A stretch of 33,118 nucleotides of DNA, taken from positions 7,376-40,493 of the forward strand of contig JBBDTI010000036.1 in NCBI GenBank assembly GCA_040904565.1. Reading direction: 5' to 3'. Of this stretch, positions 26,712-33,118 are shown piece by piece (positions within the stretch are counted from its first letter, which is position 1; each line of letters starts with the position of its first letter). The DNA comes from Rhodothermales bacterium (GTDB lineage: Bacteria; Bacteroidota; Rhodothermia; Rhodothermales; VXPQ01). The notes beneath the pieces are model-generated. The model searched no databases, was not told where the DNA came from, and worked only from the letters and a program-made list of their open reading frames with translations. A program made the position numbers and the translations under genes.

Positions 26712-27826
26712 GTGCGCTTCTCTTTCAACGCGCGTGCTTTTTCAACGCCCGACGACGTCAGCGCCCACCGTGTAGCATCCAGCTGTCGAACAAACCCTGC
26801 CTCGCGGAGCCGCTCGAGTATCTTGACGGCGGAGCCCTTGCGGACGCTCATGACCTCGAGCGCACCGGCCTCGTGCGGATGGAACGGATCGCCGTGCTGC
26901 ATGCCCAGCTCGTGCAGATCCATCAGTACGGCTTCCCGATGGAACCGTCCCGCACTCCGTCGCGCCCGCACGCGCGCCCAGACGAGTCCCCTGTTCGGCG
27001 CGAAGAATATCGATACGATCACGATCACCCCCATGCACAGGACGATCGTGGGGCCCGTGGGCAATCCGGCCGTCGTGCTGCTGATCAGGGCTCCGCTTAC
27101 GCCCGCGGCCGCCCCGAAGGCGGCTGAGAGGGCGACCATCTTGCCCAGGCCGTCCGTCCACTGCCGGCCGGCCGCGGCCGGCGCAATGATCATGGCGCTC
27201 ATCAGCACGACGCCCACGGTCTGGAGTCCGATGACGATCGCCACCACCAGGAGGGTCGTCAGGAGAATGTCTACGGCGCGCATGTGCATGCCCATCGTGC
27301 GGCCAAATTCCGGATCGAACGAGAGCACCTTCAGCTCCTTCCAGAAAAGGGCCATCAGCACGAGCGCACCGCCGCCGAGCACGGCCATCGTCACCACGTC
27401 GCGTTCGACGAGCGCGGCGGCCTGTCCGAATAGAAACGTGTCGAGGCCGGCCTGTCCGGCTCCCGAACGGTGCTGGATGAACGTAAGCAATACGAGTCCG
27501 ACCCCGAAAAAGACCGACAGCATCAGCCCGAGCATGCTGTCGTACTTGATGCGGGTCGTCTCCGTCACGGACATGATGAGCAGTGTCGCGAGCCACCCTG
27601 CGGCTGCCGCACCCGCCATCAGCACGAGGGGTGCCTTGCTTCCGGTCAGCAGGAAGGCTACGGCGATGCCGGGAAGCGCCGCGTGCGAAATGGCGTCGCC
27701 CAGCAGGCTCTGTCCACGCAGCACGGCATACGTACCCAGTCCGCCGCTCACGATACCCAGCGTGGCGGAGCCCATCGCCACCATCTGCAGCGTATAATCG
27801 GTAAAAAGTTGACGGATCAGTTCCAT
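26708..27826 (-). CDS. Metal ABC transporter permease (TroC/MntC-like) with C-terminal extension
   Basis: SLLGDAISHAALPG, LFGQAA, GLQTVGVVLM and LPTGP. Confidence 0.92.
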   Translation of the reverse strand: MELIRQLFTDYTLQMVAMGSATLGIVSGGLGTYAVLRGQSLLGDAISHAALPGIAVAFLLTGSKAPLVLMAGAAAAGWLATLLIMSVTETTRIKYDSMLGLMLSVFFGVGLVLLTFIQHRSGAGQAGLDTFLFGQAAALVERDVVTMAVLGGGALVLMALFWKELKVLSFDPEFGRTMGMHMRAVDILLTTLLVVAIVIGLQTVGVVLMSAMIIAPAAAGRQWTDGLGKMVALSAAFGAAAGVSGALISSTTAGLPTGPTIVLCMGVIVIVSIFFAPNRGLVWARVRARRSAGRFHREAVLMDLHELGMQHGDPFHPHEAGALEVMSVRKGSAVKILERLREAGFVRQLDATRWALTSSGVEKARALKEKRT

Positions 27827-27827
27827 G

Positions 27828-28598
27828 TCAGCTCGACGCCGGCTGCACGGTCGGACCCGTCTCGCCGCGCAGGAAGGCGATGCGTCCGCCGTAGGTCAGC
27901 CGCAGATTTTCCTCCGTGTACACCTCCTCGACCGGTCCCGACGCGATTCGGCGGACGTTCAGCAGCATGACGTGGTCGAAGTACTCGGTCACCGTTTGCA
28001 GGTCGTGGTGAACGACCAGCAGCGTTTTGTCACGGGCCCGCAGCTCGCGCAGCAGCTCGATGATGGCGCGCTCCGTCGTCGCGTCCACGCCCTGGAAGGG
28101 CTCGTCCATCAGATAGATCTCCGCATCCTGCACGAGGGCGCGAGCGAGGAAGACGCGCTGCTGCTGTCCACCGGACAGCTGGCTGATCTGCCGATTCGCA
28201 AACGATTCCATCCCCACCTTCTCCAGCGCGTTCCGGGCCTGCTCCCGCTGCTTGCGGCCGGGCCGCCGAATCCATCCGAGCCGTCCGTAGAGTCCCATCA
28301 TGACCACGTCCAGCACGCTCGTCGGGAAGTCCCAGTCGACGCTCCCGCGCTGAGGCACGTACGCGACGTCCTGTCGCCGCTCCTCGTAGGGAGCGTCGAA
28401 GAAGCGAATGCGCCCGGCGGCCGGTCGGATCAGATTCAGGAGCGCCTTGATGAAGGTCGTCTTGCCCGCGCCGTTCGGACCGACGATAGCCATGAGCACC
28501 CCGGAGGGAACGGTCACGTCCAGGTCCCACAGCACGGGGGTATCGCGATAGGCGACGGTAAGGTCGCGGACCTCGATAGCCGTACGACGTCCGTTCAT
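27828..28598 (-). CDS. Metal ABC transporter ATP-binding protein (TroB/MntB-like)
   Basis: Walker [33 protein letters not shown] and VHHDL. Confidence 0.95.
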   Translation of the reverse strand: MNGRRTAIEVRDLTVAYRDTPVLWDLDVTVPSGVLMAIVGPNGAGKTTFIKALLNLIRPAAGRIRFFDAPYEERRQDVAYVPQRGSVDWDFPTSVLDVVMMGLYGRLGWIRRPGRKQREQARNALEKVGMESFANRQISQLSGGQQQRVFLARALVQDAEIYLMDEPFQGVDATTERAIIELLRELRARDKTLLVVHHDLQTVTEYFDHVMLLNVRRIASGPVEEVYTEENLRLTYGGRIAFLRGETGPTVQPASS

Positions 28599-28600
28599 AG

Positions 28601-29566
28601 CTACGACGTCGGCCTTGTCAGTGAGGATACGATCGTGTCGATGTTCTCGCGCATCATGCCGAGATACGTACCGGCCGGCGTGCCCGGCTCACCGAGTGCG
28701 TCACCGTACAGCGTACCCCCAATCGACACCTCGAACCCTCGCGAGCGAACGGCCTGCCTGACGGCCTCGATGCCGCGCGGCGACACGGACGTCTCGACGA
28801 ACAATGCGGGGATCCGCCGCTCGGCTACAAACGCCGCCAGCTGCTGCACGTCCGCCGTACCCGCCTCCGTGGCCGTGCTGATCCCCTGGAGCCCTCTCAC
28901 GTCGAATCCGTAGGCCCGTCCAAGGTACCCGAACGCGTCGTGCGACGTCACGACGACTCGCTTGTCTTCCGGAATCTCGGCCGTTCGCCGTCGAACGTAC
29001 GCGTCGACATCCTCCATCTCATCCAGATAGGTTTCGAGGCGCTCCTCGTACGCATCCGCATGCTCCGGGTCCATCTCTGCGAGCGCTTCGGCCGTCCGGC
29101 GTGCGACGTCCTGCCACATCTCGACGTCGAACCAGACGTGCGGGTCGTAGTTGCCGCTGAACTGCTCTGACTCGATCAGCCGATCTTCCGAGATGCTTTC
29201 CTCGGCGACGGCGAAGGTAGGAATCCCCCTCCCTTTCATCTGGTCGAACACGTCCGTCATCTTACCTTCGAGATGAAACCCGTTGTACAGGATAACGTCA
29301 GCCCCGCCCATGCGGCCGACGTCTCCCGCGCTGGCCTTATAGAGATGCGGGTCCACGCCGGGCCCCATGAGTCCCGTTGCGTCGACGTGTTCGCCACCGA
29401 GCTGCGCGGCCAGATCGGCGATCATGCTCGTCGTCGTAACCACGGTCAGGCGCCCGGAGTCCTCCGTCCCGGCGTTTGACGCACAGCCCGTCCCGACGAG
29501 GAGAACGAACGGCAGCGCAGGCAGCGCATCCCGCAGTAACGCTAGATGCTCAACAATACAACGCAT
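28601..29566 (-). CDS. Mn/Fe/Zn-binding lipoprotein (TroA/MntA-like); start uncertain
   Basis: Lipobox-like GTGC. DPHLY, DPHVW, SHDAF and GDAL give a His3Asp TroA-type ligand set. Confidence 0.92.
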   Translation of the reverse strand: MRCIVEHLALLRDALPALPFVLLVGTGCASNAGTEDSGRLTVVTTTSMIADLAAQLGGEHVDATGLMGPGVDPHLYKASAGDVGRMGGADVILYNGFHLEGKMTDVFDQMKGRGIPTFAVAEESISEDRLIESEQFSGNYDPHVWFDVEMWQDVARRTAEALAEMDPEHADAYEERLETYLDEMEDVDAYVRRRTAEIPEDKRVVVTSHDAFGYLGRAYGFDVRGLQGISTATEAGTADVQQLAAFVAERRIPALFVETSVSPRGIEAVRQAVRSRGFEVSIGGTLYGDALGEPGTPAGTYLGMMRENIDTIVSSLTRPTS

Positions 29567-29635
29567 TTCGATGGTGCACTTTTGAGGGAATGCTCGTCTG
29601 CCTACACGATACAGCCTACCCAACGCGCGACAAGA

Positions 29636-29655
29636 TATTTAGTTTATGCTAAATA
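29636..29655. promoter_or_regulatory. DtxR/MntR-like operator TATTTAG-N6-CTAAATA
   Basis: 7-6-7 inverted repeat in an AT-rich patch upstream of the troA-like gene. Confidence 0.65.
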
Positions 29656-29832
29656 ATAAATTAGGATATACAGGCCGCCGGGCGGATCGTGTTCTTGGAA
29701 AATGAGGCTAAGAATGCGCCGGGCCCGGATGATTTACGCCGCCTGGCGGGGCAGAGATAGAACGCGGCCGGAATACCGGAGTAGAAAGTTTGAATTGGGC
29801 GCACGTTTACGACCAACCGACGAGACGAACTG

Positions 29833-30651
29833 ATGAACGTCGAAGCAGACTTCGAGGTACGAAATTTCGAACGGGATGTGATCGACGCGAGCCGCTCGAT
29901 GCCGGTGCTGGTGGACTTCTGGGCGCCGTGGTGCGGTCCCTGTCGCACGCTCGGTCCCGTGCTGGAGAAGCTGGTCGGGGAGACGGACGAGTGGAAGCTC
30001 GTCAAAGTGCACACGGATCAGCATCCGGAGGTCTCGTCTCGCTACGGCATCCGCGGCATCCCGGCGGTCAAGCTGTTTGTAGATGGAGAGGTGGCCGACG
30101 AGTTTACCGGTGCCCTGCCGGAGTATGCCGTCCGGCAGTGGCTGGAGAAGGCCCTGCCGTCCGAGACGAAGCAGATGACCGAAGAGGCGGAAGCCGCCAT
30201 CGAAGAGGGACACGCCTCGCAGGCCGAAACCCTTCTCGAAGCCGTGCTCGAACGGGATCCGTCCAATGCGAAGGCGGCCGTCTTGCTGGCCCGCCTGATC
30301 GTGTTCGAGGATGCCGATCGTGCAGTGGAGCTCGTAGCAGGCTCCTCCTTCGCCGGACCGTCTTTCATGCACATCGAAGAGGCCGTCAGGACGGTAGCAC
30401 GGTTGGTAGAACTGGACCTCGACGACCTGCCGGACGGTGAGGCGGCGGCGGCTTATGCCGACGGCGTTAAGGCCCTCCGGCGGCTGGACTTCGAGGCGGC
30501 CCTGGAGCACTTTATCGACGTCATCCAGCGGGACCGCTACTACGACGACGACGGCGCACGAAAGGCCTGCGTGGCGCTTTTCGCACTGCTCGGCAACGAC
30601 CATCCGGCCGTGAAGGCCTATCGGCGGCGGTTCGACATGGCGCTGTACTGA
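29833..30651 (+). CDS. Thioredoxin-TPR chaperedoxin (YbbN/CnoX family)
   Basis: VDFWAPWCGPC, IPAVKLF, helical TPR-like C-terminus ending YRRRFDMALY. Confidence 0.88.
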   Translation: MNVEADFEVRNFERDVIDASRSMPVLVDFWAPWCGPCRTLGPVLEKLVGETDEWKLVKVHTDQHPEVSSRYGIRGIPAVKLFVDGEVADEFTGALPEYAVRQWLEKALPSETKQMTEEAEAAIEEGHASQAETLLEAVLERDPSNAKAAVLLARLIVFEDADRAVELVAGSSFAGPSFMHIEEAVRTVARLVELDLDDLPDGEAAAAYADGVKALRRLDFEAALEHFIDVIQRDRYYDDDGARKACVALFALLGNDHPAVKAYRRRFDMALY

Positions 30652-30691
30652 CGCGGCTTGACGCCCTGACGCACGCAGGTACCGTGCGCCC

Positions 30692-31831
30692 CTACGCCGT
30701 CTGCCCGCCGCACGAGCTGCCGGCTCCCGCGGTGCAACCGTAGCAGTGCCGTTCCGTGCGGACGACGTGGTGTTTCCAGGCCTCCAGGTCGAAGTCCTTC
30801 ACGTGCGGCCGGCCCGGGACGTCCATCTTCATGTCGAGCTGCTGGTTGAAATCGCAGTCGTACAGGTAGCCGTCCCACGAGACCGAGAGCGTATTGCGGC
30901 ACATCAGTCCGTCGATCGTGGCCGGATTGAAGGCGTTCACGAGGCGCTCGAGATATTCTTCCACGAGGCCCTTCTCCATCAGCCACTCCAGGTAGCGCGA
31001 CATCGGCATATTATTGAGCGCGATGAGGCGGTCGAACGTGACGCCGTGCTTCGCGGCCAGCGCCTCCTTCCACTCGCGCTCGAGCGACGACTGGCTGCCG
31101 GCCAGAAAGGCACCGACGGGGTTCGTAACCAGCGTAAGGGTCAGATCCTGGTTACCCCGCCCGTATCCCACTTCGTTGAGCCTGCGAAGCGCCTCCAGGC
31201 TCTTTTCGTACGTCCCGGCCCCGCGCTGGGCGTCCGTTCCAAGCTTGCGGTAGTGCGGGAGCGAGCACACGATCTCGACGCCCCGGTCGGCCATCCATTG
31301 CGGCAGATCGGAATACCGGCGCGTGGTGAGAATGGTGAGATTGCAGCGGTCGATCACATGCTTGCCCCGCCGCACGCATTCGTCGACCAGATACTTGAAG
31401 TGGGGATTCAGCTCCGGCGCTCCGCCCGTCAGGTCCACCGTGTGGGCGCCCGACACCTCGATGGCCCGGAGGCAGGCTTCGACCGTTTCCAGATCCATAT
31501 TCTCCTCGGTACGGTCGGGTCCGGAGTCGACGTGGCAGTGCCGGCACGTCATATTGCAGAGCTTGCCGACGTTGATCTGGAAGATGTCCAGCTGCGCCGG
31601 TCTGAGCTCGTCCCACCCCGAGGTCTCGAGATCGCGCTGAAACCGGCCCGTCCCGGTGGGGCCTCCGTCGACGTCGGCCTCATGCAGCACCCGAAACTGC
31701 TCGTCCGGGTCCGTAAGCGGTGCGCGGCGGTACCGCATGCTCGTCGTCGTACGCGGACCTTCGACGTCGAGCATACTCCCGTCACCGCCTGGCATCTGCT
31801 CGAGCGGAATTAATTCGTTCTGGCCTTCCAT
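30692..31831 (-). CDS. arsS: Arsenosugar-biosynthesis radical SAM protein ArsS-like
   Basis: QINVGKLCNMTCRHCHV (CxxxCxxC), DLTGGAPE, LMCRNTLSV, YDCDFNQ and HCYGCTAGAGSSCGG. Confidence 0.85.
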   Translation of the reverse strand: MEGQNELIPLEQMPGGDGSMLDVEGPRTTTSMRYRRAPLTDPDEQFRVLHEADVDGGPTGTGRFQRDLETSGWDELRPAQLDIFQINVGKLCNMTCRHCHVDSGPDRTEENMDLETVEACLRAIEVSGAHTVDLTGGAPELNPHFKYLVDECVRRGKHVIDRCNLTILTTRRYSDLPQWMADRGVEIVCSLPHYRKLGTDAQRGAGTYEKSLEALRRLNEVGYGRGNQDLTLTLVTNPVGAFLAGSQSSLEREWKEALAAKHGVTFDRLIALNNMPMSRYLEWLMEKGLVEEYLERLVNAFNPATIDGLMCRNTLSVSWDGYLYDCDFNQQLDMKMDVPGRPHVKDFDLEAWKHHVVRTERHCYGCTAGAGSSCGGQTA

Positions 31832-31894
31832 GTATGGGGATGGATCACGTGCGTGCTACTTCGATCGTTCGAGCTCGCGTGGACGTCGTGACGT

Positions 31895-32230
31895 CTACAT
31901 CATCTTCTTTTCGACCTGCTCCAGCATCTGGATGCCATGGACGAGGGAAGCACCGCCCCGGATAGCCGTGGCCACGTGCACGGCTTCCGTCATCTGTTCC
32001 AGGTCCGAGCCCTTCTCCAGGCAGTCGTCCGTATACGCATCGATGCAATACGGACACTGTATCGTATGGGCCACGGCCAGTGCGATAAGCGATTTCTCTC
32101 GGGCCGACAGCGCACCGTCCTCGAACACCTTTCCATAGTAGGAAAAGAACAGGTCGGCCAATTCCTGGCCGCCTTCCGCGATATCTCCGAAACGGGGAAG
32201 CTGGTGCGGCTTGTAATACGTATCGTCCAT
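31895..32230 (-). CDS. AhpD/CMD-family peroxidase-like protein associated with arsS
   Basis: GALSAREKSLIALAVAH, CPYC, and IRGGASLVHG; adjacent to arsS. Confidence 0.85.
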   Translation of the reverse strand: MDDTYYKPHQLPRFGDIAEGGQELADLFFSYYGKVFEDGALSAREKSLIALAVAHTIQCPYCIDAYTDDCLEKGSDLEQMTEAVHVATAIRGGASLVHGIQMLEQVEKKMM

Positions 32231-32325
32231 GGGATGCTCCGTAAATTCGAGCTCTCAACGTTATGTTCAGGTGAAGTGCGTAGCGTTACACGCGGCGCGC
32301 CGCGATCCGTTGCGTGCCGCCGCGC

Positions 32326-33117
32326 TCACCGCGACGACGCGGCCGGCTTCGTCCCGCGAACGGTCACGCTCAGCAGCCCGCCCCCGTTTGCTCTAAACCT
32401 CGCCAGATCGTCTTCGGATGCCGCCTCGCGCAGTACGTCGTCCGGCACCTCGATCACCTTCGCTCGTGCGACCTCAACGTCCGTGAAGCCCGCCGCCCGC
32501 AGGAGATCCACATACTCTTCCCGCGGAATGGCCCCGGCGACGCAGCCCGCATAGAGCTCGGCGGAGCGCTTGAGCGACTCCGGAAGGCGGCCCCGCACGA
32601 CGACGTCCGACACGCAGAAACGACCGCCCGGAGCGAGCACGCGGTACATCTCGTCGAACGCGCGCGGCTTATCCGGTACCAGGTTAAGCACGCAGTTGCT
32701 GATCACCACGTCGATGCTGTCGGACTCGACAGGGAGGTCCTCGATGTCCCCGTCGCGAAACTCGACGTTGTCGAATCCGAGCTCGGAGGCATTCGAGCGG
32801 GCCTTCTCCGTCATCGACGGCGTCATGTCGACCCCGATCACGCGTCCCCCCTCACCCACGACGGAGCGGGCGATGAATGCATCGAGCCCTGCTCCGGAGC
32901 CCAGGTCGAGCACGGTCTGTCCGGCTTCGAGTCCGGCCAGATCGGTCGGCATGCCGCAGCCCAGGCCCAGGTCGGCGCCGGCGACGTAGCCCTCCGCTCC
33001 CTCGTATTCGTCACCTATCATGGAGACCTCCGTCCCGCAGCCGCAGCCGCAACCCGCCTTCTCTCCGCGACGAGCAATCTCGTCGTACTTGGTTTTTACC
33101 TGTTCTTTTAACGTCGT
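32326..33117 (-). CDS. arsM: Arsenite S-adenosylmethionine methyltransferase (5' end beyond the window)
   Basis: Frame is open to the window edge (TTLKEQVKTKYDEIA..GCGCGCG). LGLGCG, VLDLGSGAG, ISNCV and GCVAGA carry the ArsM cysteines. Confidence 0.88.
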   Translation of the reverse strand, partial: TTLKEQVKTKYDEIARRGEKAGCGCGCGTEVSMIGDEYEGAEGYVAGADLGLGCGMPTDLAGLEAGQTVLDLGSGAGLDAFIARSVVGEGGRVIGVDMTPSMTEKARSNASELGFDNVEFRDGDIEDLPVESDSIDVVISNCVLNLVPDKPRAFDEMYRVLAPGGRFCVSDVVVRGRLPESLKRSAELYAGCVAGAIPREEYVDLLRAAGFTDVEVARAKVIEVPDDVLREAASEDDLARFRANGGGLLSVTVRGTKPAASSR

Positions 33118-33118
33118 C

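Noticed and set aside
30649-30672. TGACGC x3 after the thioredoxin stop
   Set aside because: 6-bp units with irregular spacing could arise by chance; at most weak support for the stop-duplication pattern.
30692-30760. Selenocysteine in ArsS
   Set aside because: The C-terminal motif codons are TGC and there is no in-frame TGA.

Overview
High-GC bacterial chromosome segment; gene order and protein style suggest Rhodothermota or a related FCB lineage (inference). It has five blocks. (1) Housekeeping: rpmI-rplT-pheS-pheT-(coiled-coil ORF)-zapA-6S RNA-rny, including an unannotated Phe-rich leader peptide and terminator (a pheM-like attenuator) before pheS. (2) A LacI-controlled eight-gene catabolic operon with twin palindromic operators: Afr-like 1,5-anhydrofructose reductase, CoA-transferase, enoyl-CoA hydratase, GMC alcohol dehydrogenase, sorbosone-dehydrogenase-like ALDH, SSS symporter, cytoplasmic GH88 and a second GMC. 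These enzymes can be ordered into a hypothetical CoA-dependent route that opens anhydro-sugar ether rings to give KDG, which is the best candidate for an undescribed system. (3) ccmF-like gene, Cys-less ArsR regulator and a sensorless hybrid histidine kinase. (4) A TroABCD-type Mn/Fe/Zn ABC operon with a DtxR-like operator and winged-helix-like tails on both permeases. (5) CnoX/YbbN thioredoxin and an arsM(partial)-CMD-arsS arsenosugar-type cluster. Short duplications spanning stop codons occur at three gene ends. No CRISPR array, tRNA, rRNA or transposase was seen. Family assignments come from motif recognition and recall, not database searches.
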